Source of the DNA: Kofleriaceae bacterium
Lineage (GTDB): Bacteria > Myxococcota_A > Polyangia > Haliangiales > Haliangiaceae
Assembly (NCBI GenBank): GCA_965215005.1
Contig: CBDCCZ010000054.1
Span: 96,001-160,000, forward strand
Length of the DNA stretch: 64,000 nt
Direction: 5' to 3'
The translations under genes and the position numbers were made by a program. Under the pieces are notes generated by a model. It did not search any database. It was not told the origin of the DNA and was given only the letters and a program-made list of their open reading frames with translations. The number at the start of each line of letters is the position of its first letter. Within the stretch, counting starts at the first letter, position 1. Below, piece by piece: positions 8,928 through 18,425 of the stretch.

Positions 8928-10697
8928 TCAGCGATCGACCGCCTTCAGCCCAGCCTCGATGATGTCGAGTCCGGCATCGAGCGCTGCGCGATCTATGGTG
9001 AGTGGCGGAAGTAGCTTGAGAACCTCGCCGCGCGGCCCGGAGGTTTCGATGATGAGCCCGCGCTCGAAACACGCCCGCGACAGCGCACTCGCGCGATCGC
9101 CCGCTAGCTCCATGCCGGCGATGAGCCCGCGTCCGCGCACGTCGGTCACGATGGCGTGCGACGCTGCCATGGCCGTTAAACGCTCACGAACGTGCTCGCC
9201 TTTGGCGACGACCTCACGGCTGAGCGAATCGTCGCTCCAGTAGCGCTCGAGCGCTGCCGTGGCGCTCACCATGGCGAGCTGAAAACCGCGAAACGTTCCG
9301 TTGTGCTTGGCAGGCTCCCAAATGTCGAGGTCTGGCCGGATGAGCGTGAGCGCAAACGGCAGCCCGTAACCCGACAATGCTTTCGAGAGGGTGACGATAT
9401 CGGGGACGATGCCCGAGGGCTCGAAGCTGAAAAATGGGCCCGTGCGTCCGCAACCGACTTGAATCTCATCGACGATGAGAAGGATCTTGTGCCTGCGGCA
9501 CAGCGACTGCAGCCGCGCTAGCCACTCATTGCTCGCGACGTTGACGCCGCCTTCGCCTTGCACCGTCTCGACGATCACCGCCGCCGGCACGTCCACTCCA
9601 CTGCTGGTATCGACCAAGTAGCGCTCGAAGTAGCTAAGCGTATCGGCATCGCCGAAGTAGCCGGCAAAGGGCATGTGCTGGGTATACGGAAGCGGCACGC
9701 CGGCGCCTTCGCGCTTGGATTCGTTGCCCGTAACCGCAAGGGCGCCGAGGGTCATTCCGTGGAAGCCCTTGGTGAAGGCGACGATGGTCTCGCGGCCGGT
9801 GACCAAGCGTGCGAGCTTTATGGCTGCTTCGACCGCGTTGGTCCCGGTGGGGCCGGGGAACATGATGCGGTAGTCGAGGTTGCGCGGGGCCAGCACGCGG
9901 TCGACGAACGCGCGCAAGAACGCGCGCTTGCCGGTGGTGTACATGTCGAGGCCGTGAGTAATGCCGCCGCGTTCGAGGTGCGCCATGATCGCCTGGCGCA
10001 GCTCGGGCGGATTGTGTCCGTAGCTAACGACACCAGCGCCCGCGAAGAAGTCGAGGTATTGGCGGCCTTCTTCGTCGATGAGGAGGTGACCCTCGGCGCG
10101 ATCGAAGACGGTGGGAAACGATCGGCAGTAGCTGCGGACGGCCGATTCGTGCTCGCGAAACACCTGCGTGGCTTCGCGCGTGTCTTCAACCACATGACGC
10201 TGCGTGATGGGGCCAATGCGATGCAGCTCTTCGGCCGCGTGATCGCCAGGAAATTGCTCGGCCGTGAAGCACGGTGAGATGGCGATCGAAGTCTCGAGCG
10301 AGCGCGCAATCGAAGCGAATAGGCGCTTTGACGCTTCATTCGTGGGCGTCACGGTTGCTTCGATCCAGCGCACGCTGCGGCAGCTGGAGCGCGCCAAAAT
10401 CTCACGGACCATCTGCCGTGCGAGCCCGCGGCCGCGCGCTTCCGGCGCGCTGCCGACTTGCCACACAAACAGTGCATCGTCGTGCGTGGGCGGTCGATAG
10501 GCGGCGACGAAGCCGACGATGGTGTCGCCCATGTAGGCGACCACGCTGGTGGGTGCCCAGTGTGTGCCCACCAGCAGATAGGCGTAGGCGGAGTTGATAT
10601 CGAGGCCGATGCGTTCGGCCAGCCGCCACATTGCCGGGCCGTCGTCGGCGGTTGGGATACGGAGTGAGATCGATTCCTGAGAAGCCGTTGTCGTCAT
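8928..10697 (-). CDS. ectAB: Fused diaminobutyrate acetyltransferase (EctA) and diaminobutyrate-2-oxoglutarate transaminase (EctB)
   Basis: N-terminal EctA motifs LDINSAYAYLL, FVWQV..ARGRGLA, EATVTPTNEAS, HAAEELHRIGP; C-terminal EctB motifs ESAVRSYCRSFP, DFFAGAG..YGHN, GPTGTNAVEAA, ETVQGEGG, DEIQVGCGRTG, LSKALSGYGLP; no stop between them. Confidence 0.92.
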   Translation of the reverse strand: MTTTASQESISLRIPTADDGPAMWRLAERIGLDINSAYAYLLVGTHWAPTSVVAYMGDTIVGFVAAYRPPTHDDALFVWQVGSAPEARGRGLARQMVREILARSSCRSVRWIEATVTPTNEASKRLFASIARSLETSIAISPCFTAEQFPGDHAAEELHRIGPITQRHVVEDTREATQVFREHESAVRSYCRSFPTVFDRAEGHLLIDEEGRQYLDFFAGAGVVSYGHNPPELRQAIMAHLERGGITHGLDMYTTGKRAFLRAFVDRVLAPRNLDYRIMFPGPTGTNAVEAAIKLARLVTGRETIVAFTKGFHGMTLGALAVTGNESKREGAGVPLPYTQHMPFAGYFGDADTLSYFERYLVDTSSGVDVPAAVIVETVQGEGGVNVASNEWLARLQSLCRRHKILLIVDEIQVGCGRTGPFFSFEPSGIVPDIVTLSKALSGYGLPFALTLIRPDLDIWEPAKHNGTFRGFQLAMVSATAALERYWSDDSLSREVVAKGEHVRERLTAMAASHAIVTDVRGRGLIAGMELAGDRASALSRACFERGLIIETSGPRGEVLKLLPPLTIDRAALDAGLDIIEAGLKAVDR

Positions 10698-10710
10698 GGG
10701 ATTGCCTTTC

Positions 10711-12228
10711 TCAACGCTTGGAAGAAGCTTCGCTGCGGCGCTCGGGGCCATCGGAGCCAAGCGTAAATAGCGACTCCCACGGGGGGCCTAAGGTTGGATC
10801 GTCATCATCGATGGGAAACAAGCGCGCGTGGACTTCCTCGAGTAAGCGATCGGCGTTGGCTTCATCGACCACCAGCGACAGATTCGCGCCGTTGGCGGCT
10901 TGTGAAACCATGTGGACGTCGTGCCCTTTGAAGAACTCGAAGATCGGTCCGAGCTCGTGAAAGATGCCGTGAATGTTGGTTCCAACCAGGCTTAGCGCCG
11001 CACCGAGGCCCACGATGCGCGCTGAGCCGAGCTGGAGCAGATCACTGAGCGCGCCGTTGACGGTGACTTCGTCGAGGCGATTGGTGCCGGGGTCGAGGAG
11101 AAAGGTGATGCTGGTTTCCGACGCGGCGACCATATCGATGGACAAGTTCCAGCGCGCAAAACACGCCGAGCTGTCGCGCAAAAAGCCGACGTTCTGCAGC
11201 GCGCGGTCGACATCCACCGAGATTAGGTGCATGCCTTTGCGCAGCGATACCGCTTTGATGTGCGCGGGCCCCTCGGGAATGCCGCTCGAGATGACCGTGC
11301 CTACCAGCTCGGGCGCCAGCGTGCACTTGATGTGGAGCGGAATTTGGTGTGCTGCGACCGGCGCGATGCAGCGCGGATGCAACACGCGCCCACCCATGAG
11401 AGCGAGCTCTTCGGCCTCGCGGTAACGCAGCCGGCGCAACAGCCGAGCGCTCGGAATGGCGCGTGGGTTTGCCGAGAACATGCCCGGTACGTCGGTCCAG
11501 ATTTCTAGCCTGCGTGCTCCCAATCGCGCGGCGAAGTAGGCCGCGGAGGTGTCGGAGCCGCCGCGGCCGAGCAACACCGTGTCGCCGGCGGCGTCGGAAG
11601 CGATGAAGCCTTGGGTGAGCACCACGTCGGCCTCTAACGAGCCGAGGCGCTCGCACAGCGCGCGGTCGTGATCGCTCGAGCACACTGCCGACAAATAGTG
11701 ACGAACCGGCGCGGTAGCGATGGTGTGCGGGTTGCTCACCGCGGTGAGGAGCGAGCGCGCGTCTTGCCACGAGGTGTGCACGCCTTGCGCCGAAAGCCAC
11801 GCCGCGCCCAGCCGCGTGCTCATCAGCTCACCCATGCTCATGACGCGGGCTCGTACCCGCGGGCTCGCTTCTTCGAGCATATGGGCGCCGCGCGCGAGAC
11901 GCTCGAGCTCTTCTAGTAAGTCACCGATGAGCTCGTCGGCGTCCAAGCCCATGTCGGCGGCGAGCTCGCGGTGGGTCTGAGCAACAGCGGCCAATGTCGG
12001 TCGCGTGTCCTCTCCCGCTTCTGCGGCGGTGAGGAGCTGCTCGAGCAAGTCCGATCCGCCGGCGACAGCGGAGCAAACCACCACCGGTCGCAGGCCCTCA
12101 GCGAGTCGCGCGCGAAGTGTCGATGCGATGATGCGCCAACGCTCGATGGAGGCGACACTGGTTCCGCCAAACTTCAGCACCACGTAAGCGGCGTGGTGAG
12201 CTTCGGCAGCTTGATACTGTTCGGTCAT
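10711..12228 (-). CDS. ask: Aspartate kinase (ectoine-associated; resembles the kinase half of LysAC)
   Basis: VLKFGGTSV, GELMST, TQGFIA, LGRGGSDTSA, IWTDVPG, VLHP and two ACT domains; 13 bp upstream of ectAB. Confidence 0.9.
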   Translation of the reverse strand: MTEQYQAAEAHHAAYVVLKFGGTSVASIERWRIIASTLRARLAEGLRPVVVCSAVAGGSDLLEQLLTAAEAGEDTRPTLAAVAQTHRELAADMGLDADELIGDLLEELERLARGAHMLEEASPRVRARVMSMGELMSTRLGAAWLSAQGVHTSWQDARSLLTAVSNPHTIATAPVRHYLSAVCSSDHDRALCERLGSLEADVVLTQGFIASDAAGDTVLLGRGGSDTSAAYFAARLGARRLEIWTDVPGMFSANPRAIPSARLLRRLRYREAEELALMGGRVLHPRCIAPVAAHQIPLHIKCTLAPELVGTVISSGIPEGPAHIKAVSLRKGMHLISVDVDRALQNVGFLRDSSACFARWNLSIDMVAASETSITFLLDPGTNRLDEVTVNGALSDLLQLGSARIVGLGAALSLVGTNIHGIFHELGPIFEFFKGHDVHMVSQAANGANLSLVVDEANADRLLEEVHARLFPIDDDDPTLGPPWESLFTLGSDGPERRSEASSKR

Positions 12229-12416
12229 AGAATCTCCGTCTACGCAGCGCCCGACCGCGGTACAGATGTGCGGCGGGCAACGAGGCGGGCATTCTCGCAT
12301 CCGAGGGGGCGGCGTCCAAGCGCGGGATATGGGCAACCTGGCGAGGCAGCTTCACCCGCGAGATGCGAAGGGCGATGCTGCCTGCGGCGGTGCAGGGCGA
12401 GCGGCGCTCACGGAAA

Positions 12417-13859
12417 TCAGGCGGCGTCAGCGTCGAAGACGATCGGCGCGCTGGCCGCTTCGGCGCGAATGGGAATGACGGCGGCGCTGGCCAAGCGACG
12501 GGTCAGCCAGCCGTTCTTCTGCAGGGTCAAGAGCGCGTACGGCGTGATCCACGACAGCGCGATGATTGAGTAGACGCTGTATGGGAAGGCCCACAGGCTG
12601 TGCCGGCGATCGCGCAGCAGCGCATGCACGGCGGCCGGCGCAAGCGAGCCAGCGACCGCAGCGCCGAGCATCATGAGGGCGCCAAGACCGGGGTGCAGCA
12701 GCGCCAACGCCATGGTCGGTAGCCACATGCCGATCGACCAGCCGAGACGAACGATGCTGTAGCTGTATTTAAGCCGAGCGCCGGTGGTGCTGGTGGCGCG
12801 AAACCGGCGAAACACGAACCGCGCCATCACCAGCGACTCACGAAGGTTGCTGCGCGCCCATCGCAGCAGCATGCGGCACAGCGGGGCCAATCGAGTCGGC
12901 ACTTCGGTGTGGACGATGGCGTTGCCTTGAAAGGTCACGTGAAAGCCTTCGCGGAGGATTAAGTTGGTCATCGCGCGGTCTTCACCGATGCCCGCGGGGC
13001 GGCCGAGGAACTGCTGATGCAGCCACTCGTCTTCGACCTCCATCGCGACCGAGCGGCGGTACGCCGAGAGCGCGCCCGGCGTGCACATCACGGTGTTGAC
13101 CTCGCTTTGGCTGGCGCGAACGAAGTCAAAGCCGTAGGTGAAGACGACATCCATCATCCGCGGGATGATGCCGCCGTCGTAGTTCAAAACCCGCACGTTG
13201 CCGGCAACGGCGCCGATGCGAGCGTCGAGAACGAACGGGCTCACGAGGTTGCGAAGCGTGTCGTGCTCGACTTCAGAGTCGCTATCGACGGTGACTATCA
13301 CGATGCCGCGACTGCGGCGAAAGCCTTGCGACAGCGCATGGCGTTTCCCGCGGTTGATGGCGTAATGCACTGCCTGGATGCGGTCGGGTGCTTCGGCGGC
13401 GGCAGCACGAATCCACGACCAAGTGTCGTCTTGACTGCCATCATCGACGGCGACGAGGTTGAGCTTATGGGCTGGATAATCGCTGGCTAACAGGCTCCGC
13501 AGCGTGCGCAGCACCTGCGCGCCTTCGTTGTAGGCCGGAACGATGACGGTGATTTCGGGCAGCTCGTCGTCGTTCACGCTCTCGACGGGCCGATAGCGGG
13601 CAACCAGCGCTACTCGCCACACCAGCATCGCCAGTCCCAGTGTAGCCATCGTCGTGGCGGCGAGCCAGAAAACCAGCCCCGCTGGGCCTGGCACCAGCGA
13701 CTGCGCCCACGCCGCACTCAATGCGCCCGACGTTACGGCAGCGATCTGCGCTACGAGAAGTGCAGCAGCGATGACGAGTAGCCAACGGAGATGATGATAG
13801 CGATGAGGCTTGGTGCTCACGGGCGAGGGTGCTTGGGCGTGAGAAGCTGTAGCGAGCAT
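12417..13859 (-). CDS. GT2 processive glycosyltransferase, hyaluronan synthase/NodC-like
   Basis: AGGAG RBS; VPAYNE, DDGSQD, NRGKRHAL, VDSDS, CTPGALSAYR, GEDR, MLLRW (QxxRW variant); TM helices at both ends. Confidence 0.88.
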   Translation of the reverse strand: MLATASHAQAPSPVSTKPHRYHHLRWLLVIAAALLVAQIAAVTSGALSAAWAQSLVPGPAGLVFWLAATTMATLGLAMLVWRVALVARYRPVESVNDDELPEITVIVPAYNEGAQVLRTLRSLLASDYPAHKLNLVAVDDGSQDDTWSWIRAAAAEAPDRIQAVHYAINRGKRHALSQGFRRSRGIVIVTVDSDSEVEHDTLRNLVSPFVLDARIGAVAGNVRVLNYDGGIIPRMMDVVFTYGFDFVRASQSEVNTVMCTPGALSAYRRSVAMEVEDEWLHQQFLGRPAGIGEDRAMTNLILREGFHVTFQGNAIVHTEVPTRLAPLCRMLLRWARSNLRESLVMARFVFRRFRATSTTGARLKYSYSIVRLGWSIGMWLPTMALALLHPGLGALMMLGAAVAGSLAPAAVHALLRDRRHSLWAFPYSVYSIIALSWITPYALLTLQKNGWLTRRLASAAVIPIRAEAASAPIVFDADAA

Positions 13860-13915
13860 TGGTCACTCCTGATGGCCGCCGAAAACGAAGCAGGCGGCGC
13901 TGGAGCCCGGCCCAG

Positions 13916-13932
13916 AGCAACCTCCGTACCGA
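13916..13932 (-). promoter_or_regulatory. Putative sigma54 -24/-12 promoter of the GT2 gene
   Basis: Minus strand reads tcGGTACggaggTTGCt (GG-N10-GC), 57 bp upstream of the ATG. Confidence 0.65.
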
Positions 13933-13994
13933 GTTGTAAGCCCGCAGAATGCAAGGTGGGAGAACCGCGCTCCATGCCGTCGCGCGCCGACAAA

Positions 13995-14052
13995 GGGGAA
14001 AGTTTCCCGGGCGTGCTCCCGCAGGCACGATTGGCGGCGGGAAATCTTTCCC
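13995..14052. promoter_or_regulatory. Paired palindromic enhancer (UAS) candidates
   Basis: GGGGAAAGTTTCCC (13995-14008) and GGGAAATCTTTCCC (14039-14052), 44 bp apart, upstream of the sigma54 site. Confidence 0.55.
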
Positions 14053-14189
14053 TCCGGTGCCGCTTGGCCTCACGAAGGCTCGGCGAGATGCGCTTGTGCT
14101 CGCTGAAGCTGCCTTGGCACGTGGTGAAAGGTTTCGCCGCCGCCGTTTCCAAGCTAGGTTTTGCGGCTAGCTCCTGGTCCGGAAGTCCC

Positions 14190-15527
14190 ATGCCCAACGT
14201 CCGAGTTCTGGTCGTCGAAGACGACACCGCCATGCGAGAAGTGCTCGAGGCCCGCCTGCAAGGGTGGCGGTATGAGGTGGCAACGGCGGATTGCGGGGCG
14301 CGCGCTGCAGAGCTGCTCGATGCCTTCGATCCGCACGTCGTCATCTCCGATCTGGTCTTGCCCGATGTCACCGGCCTCGAGCTACTGGCGGCGCTCACTG
14401 CGGAGCCACGGCGACACGTCTTCTTGATCACCGCGTACGGCACCATCGACACCGCCGTGGAGGCGATGAAACGCGGTGCGCGCGATTTCTTGACGAAGCC
14501 TCTGGACTACGTCGCGCTCAAGCGACTCCTCGATGACGCCGAAGGCGAGCTCGGCGCAGAGTCGCCGGTGTCTGCACCGGGAGGCCTTGGCAGGCTGGTC
14601 GGCGGCTCCAACCAACAACAGCGTTTGTATGAGCTGATCCGCATGGTGGCGGCGAGTGACGCAACCAGCTTGATCGTCGGTGAAAGCGGAACCGGCAAGG
14701 AGCTCGTCGCGCACACCATTCACGAGCTCAGCGATCGCCGCAATGGGCCTTTCGTCGCGGTGAACTCGGCAGCGATTCCGGAAGGCCTCACCGAGGGCGA
14801 GCTGTTCGGTCATGCCCGCGGTGCCTTCACCGGCGCCATTGAGTCGCGGGCTGGGCTCTTCGAGCAGGCCGATGGCGGCACCTTGTTTCTCGACGAGATC
14901 ACCGAGATGCCTTTGGCGCTGCAGGCAAAGTTCCTGCGCGTGCTCGAGGATCGCAAGGTTCGCCCGCTCGGAGGTCGTCACGAGCGCAGCTGCGACGTTC
15001 GCATTCTCGCAGCGACCAACCGCGACCCAGATCTCGCAGTGCGCGACAACCTACTGCGCCAAGATCTCTACTATCGCCTCAACGTGTTCCGCATCGACGT
15101 ACCGGCGCTGCGCGAGCGTCGCTCCGACATTCCCGCGCTCGTAGAGCACTTCCTGCGTGGTCTCCAGAGCAGGCGTGGAGGGGGCGTCGGACGCATCGAG
15201 CCCACGGCGCTCCGGCAACTGGCAGCGCATTCGTGGCCTGGCAACGTGCGCGAGCTGCGGAACGTGGTCGAGCGCGCGGTCATTCTCGCCAGCGGTGGGC
15301 CGATACGCGTAGAGCAGGTGCCGCTCGAGGCGCCGAAGGCGGCGTCCGAGGCGCCCCGCGGCATCGTCCTTCCGCATCGCGTCACCAGCGCAGAAGCCGA
15401 GCGCATCTTGATCCTCGAGACCTTGCGGCAAAGTGGCAACAACAAAGCAGAAGCTGCACGCCGCCTCGGGCTCGACGTCAAGACCATTCGCAACAAGCTC
15501 AAGTCGTTCGCGGCGCGGGCCGAATGA
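14190..15527 (+). CDS. Sigma54-dependent NtrC-family response regulator (REC-AAA-Fis HTH)
   Basis: VLVVEDD...SDLVLP...[46 protein letters not shown]. Confidence 0.95.
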   Translation: MPNVRVLVVEDDTAMREVLEARLQGWRYEVATADCGARAAELLDAFDPHVVISDLVLPDVTGLELLAALTAEPRRHVFLITAYGTIDTAVEAMKRGARDFLTKPLDYVALKRLLDDAEGELGAESPVSAPGGLGRLVGGSNQQQRLYELIRMVAASDATSLIVGESGTGKELVAHTIHELSDRRNGPFVAVNSAAIPEGLTEGELFGHARGAFTGAIESRAGLFEQADGGTLFLDEITEMPLALQAKFLRVLEDRKVRPLGGRHERSCDVRILAATNRDPDLAVRDNLLRQDLYYRLNVFRIDVPALRERRSDIPALVEHFLRGLQSRRGGGVGRIEPTALRQLAAHSWPGNVRELRNVVERAVILASGGPIRVEQVPLEAPKAASEAPRGIVLPHRVTSAEAERILILETLRQSGNNKAEAARRLGLDVKTIRNKLKSFAARAE

Positions 15528-17050
15528 GAGTTGCGAGCAAGTTCTCGGTGGGCTTCGCGCTGGCGCTGCTGCCGCTGGTCGGGGTCCTGGTGTACATCGT
15601 CGGCCAAGTGGATCGCCTCGCCACCGCCAATCGCACTCTAGCGACCGTGCAGTTCACCGCCGCCAACCAATCGCTGCAGCTCATCCGCCAGCTCGAGCTC
15701 GTGGGCGAGTACGCGGGGAAGTATGCGGTGAGCGGGGATGTCCGCTATGTCGAGCGCGTGGCGGAGGTCGAGCGCCAGGTGAGGGCCGTGTTGACGACGC
15801 TGGCGGCGTTGCCGCTCTCGGAGCGCGAGCGACGGCAGGCGCAGGCATTTAGCGCCGCATGGGAAGTATTCCACGCGCAACTCGATCGCGAGACCGCCGC
15901 GATCGCGGGCGGGGCTCCTCGTGAAGATGCGCTGGCGCCGGCGCTCCAGCGCATCGAGGGGCTGCGCGAGCGTGCGCACGCCATCGTTCGCGCGACTCGC
16001 GAGACCATTGATGGACAAGCGCGAGCAGCCGCTGAGGTAAGCGCCTACAGCGAGCGGATGTCGCTGGTCGTCGCTAGCGTCGCAACCCTGGTGAGCCTGC
16101 TCGTCTTCATCATCACGTTTCGCGCCATTCACCGGCCGATCAAGCGCCTCGCCGAGGGAACTCGCGCGGTGGCGCGCGGGCAGTTTTCGTTTCAGATTCA
16201 GGAGCGCGGCAGCGATGAGCTCGCGGAGCTGTCACGAGCGTTCAACAGCATGGTGCGAAGCATTTGGAAGCTGCTTCGCATGAAGTCCGAGTTCGTGTCC
16301 CACGTGTCGCACGAGCTCAAGACGCCGCTGGTGTCGATGCACGAGACCAGTCAGCTGCTACTCGATGAGATTCCTGGCGCGCTCAACGACAAGCAGCGGC
16401 GCTTGCTCGAGCTCAACTTGGCGGCTTCGCGCCGATTATCGGCGATGATCACCGACCTGCTCGAGCTGTCGCGCGCGGAGCGCGGTTTGCGTGCTGCGCC
16501 GCGCCGTCATGACTTGATCGACCTGGTAGAGCAGGCAACGGCGGAGTTGGAGCTGCGCGCGGCGGATCGCGAGGTTTACGTGATCCTGCGGTTTCCGGTC
16601 AAAACGCTGCCGGTGGTGTGCGACGGTGATCGAATCATTCAGGTCGTGCAGAACCTCCTCGACAATGCGCTCAAGTTCACGCCCGCCGGCGGCACCATCG
16701 AGGTGCGCGGTGGGCTGGCCGGCGAAGACGTCGTTCCGCCGGGCATTCGCGAGGCGCTGGCCACCGATGTTGCCAAGCGCTTTGCGCTGCTCGAGATCGA
16801 CGATAGTGGTCCCGGCCTCGCCGACAGCGAGCGCGAGCGTATCTTCGAGCGCTTCTACCAATCGCACGGCGGCGAGCGCGGCGGCGTAGGCCTTGGCTTG
16901 GCGATCTGTCGCGAGATCGTCACCGCGCATGGTGGCGTCATCTGGGCCACGCGCGGCACTCTCGGCGGCGCGTGCTTTGCTGTGGTGTTGCCGTTTGCCT
17001 CCATCGAAAGCAACTCCCTCTCTCAAACTCCGCTCGAGCCTCGGTCATGA
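15524..17050 (+). CDS. Membrane sensor histidine kinase (periplasmic domain, HAMP, HisKA, HATPase)
   Basis: Two TM segments; HAMP; SHELKTPL; NLLDNALKFT; DSGPG; GVGLGL; ATGA overlap with the regulator. Confidence 0.93.
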   Translation: MRVASKFSVGFALALLPLVGVLVYIVGQVDRLATANRTLATVQFTAANQSLQLIRQLELVGEYAGKYAVSGDVRYVERVAEVERQVRAVLTTLAALPLSERERRQAQAFSAAWEVFHAQLDRETAAIAGGAPREDALAPALQRIEGLRERAHAIVRATRETIDGQARAAAEVSAYSERMSLVVASVATLVSLLVFIITFRAIHRPIKRLAEGTRAVARGQFSFQIQERGSDELAELSRAFNSMVRSIWKLLRMKSEFVSHVSHELKTPLVSMHETSQLLLDEIPGALNDKQRRLLELNLAASRRLSAMITDLLELSRAERGLRAAPRRHDLIDLVEQATAELELRAADREVYVILRFPVKTLPVVCDGDRIIQVVQNLLDNALKFTPAGGTIEVRGGLAGEDVVPPGIREALATDVAKRFALLEIDDSGPGLADSERERIFERFYQSHGGERGGVGLGLAICREIVTAHGGVIWATRGTLGGACFAVVLPFASIESNSLSQTPLEPRS

Positions 17051-17667
17051 TGTCTGCGTTGCGATTGCTGGTGGTTTTGTTATGCGCCGTGTCCGCGTGT
17101 GCACACGCGCAAACCTCACCACAATGGCGCGGGGATGCGTCGTTCGAGCGCGGCGCCTTCGACCGCGCGGTCATCGATTACGAACGCGAGCTGCGCGAGC
17201 GGCCGCAGGCGCCAGACCGCCGTGAGGCGCAGCTGCGGCTCGCGCTGGCGTATCTGGCGCACCCGATCCTCGCCCAGCGGCAGCGGGCGCGGCCGCTATT
17301 AGAGCAGATGGCCAACAGCTCGCCGCATGATGCCACCGGCCGGCAAGCGGCTATTTTGGCCGGCCATCTGGGTGAGCTCGAGCGCGGGGCTGCGCAGCTT
17401 CGCCGTGAGCAGCAGCGGCTGGCGGCGCTCGAAGAAGCGGTGGCGCGGCTGCGTGAATTGTCACTAGAGCTGGCCAATCGCGCGCGCGCGAGCGAGGAGC
17501 AACGGCTTGTCAGCGATGAAGAACGGTTGCGCCTGAGCCGCGAGGTCGAGCAGCTCAAAGCAACGGTCGCGGAGCAGAAGGCGCACGTTGCCCGGGTGAC
17601 CGAGCAGCTCGATCGACTCAGCGAGCAGCTAGATGGCCTAAAGTCCATCGATCTCCAGCGCCGCTGA
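17047..17667 (+). CDS. TPR/coiled-coil lipoprotein, QseG(YfhG)-like
   Basis: Lipobox VSAC; TPR-like helices; long coiled coil ending QLDGLKSIDLQRR; ATGA-coupled to the kinase. Confidence 0.65.
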   Translation: MMSALRLLVVLLCAVSACAHAQTSPQWRGDASFERGAFDRAVIDYERELRERPQAPDRREAQLRLALAYLAHPILAQRQRARPLLEQMANSSPHDATGRQAAILAGHLGELERGAAQLRREQQRLAALEEAVARLRELSLELANRARASEEQRLVSDEERLRLSREVEQLKATVAEQKAHVARVTEQLDRLSEQLDGLKSIDLQRR

Positions 17668-17699
17668 GCGAGCTCACGGCTCGTGGTACAAGCGCGGCT

Positions 17700-18407
17700 A
17701 TGCTGCAAGCGCTCGCCGAAGAGCTATGGGGTTGGGACTATGAGCTGCGGATGCCGGGGGGAGTCATCCTGCCTTCGCGCGCCTGCATCGTGCGCTTGGC
17801 CGGTGACCGATTGGTCGTCATCTCGCCACCAGACCTCGACGATGCCGGTTGGCAGCAGCTCGAGGCGCTAGGCGACGTTGCCTATCTAGTAGCGCCGAAT
17901 TGCTTCCATCATTTGTATATACGACCGGCCGCCGAGCGTTATCCGCAAGCGGAGGTCCACGTGGCGCCGGGGCTGCCGGCAAAGCGACCGAACCTGCGCG
18001 TGACCTCGGTGCTCGCAGCCCCGGGGCCCGCGAGCTGGGGTGGCGAGCTGGTGGCGCTGCCCGTCGAAGGTGCGCCGCGGATGAATGAGGTGCTGCTACT
18101 CCACCAGCCGAGCAATGGCGCGAGTAAATCGCTGCTAGCGACGGACGTACTGTTCAATCTGCAGGGCGCCGCCAACCTCCGCAGCCGCGTCATGTTCACG
18201 CTGCTTGGCACCCACGACCGCTGCGCCACGAGCCGACTGATCAAGCTGATCGTCCAAGATCGCGGCGCCTTTAGCGCCTCGGTCGAGCGCGCTCTGGACG
18301 CGGAGTTCGACCGCATCGTGCCGGCCCACGGCGCCATTCTCGAGCTCGACGCCAAGGCTCGTGCTCGCGAAGCGCTCGCGAAGCGAGGTCTGCGGCCGGC
18401 TTCGTGA
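17700..18407 (+). CDS. DUF4336-like metallo-beta-lactamase-fold protein
   Basis: LVVISP, LVAPNCFHHLY, EVLLLH..SL.ATD, FDRIVPAHG. Confidence 0.75.
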   Translation: MLQALAEELWGWDYELRMPGGVILPSRACIVRLAGDRLVVISPPDLDDAGWQQLEALGDVAYLVAPNCFHHLYIRPAAERYPQAEVHVAPGLPAKRPNLRVTSVLAAPGPASWGGELVALPVEGAPRMNEVLLLHQPSNGASKSLLATDVLFNLQGAANLRSRVMFTLLGTHDRCATSRLIKLIVQDRGAFSASVERALDAEFDRIVPAHGAILELDAKARAREALAKRGLRPAS

Positions 18408-18425
18408 CTCGCTGCTAGGCGGTCC

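Noticed and set aside
12229..12416. Possible lysine riboswitch upstream of the aspartokinase
   Set aside because: No AGAGGUGC or other conserved lysine-aptamer elements recognisable
13791..14189. Long N-terminal extensions in the ORF track (NtrC, kinase 15233, nitroreductase 47429, DUF2330 59212, TPR 46441)
   Set aside because: They overlap neighbours or regulatory DNA; downstream starts fit domain boundaries and stop/start coupling
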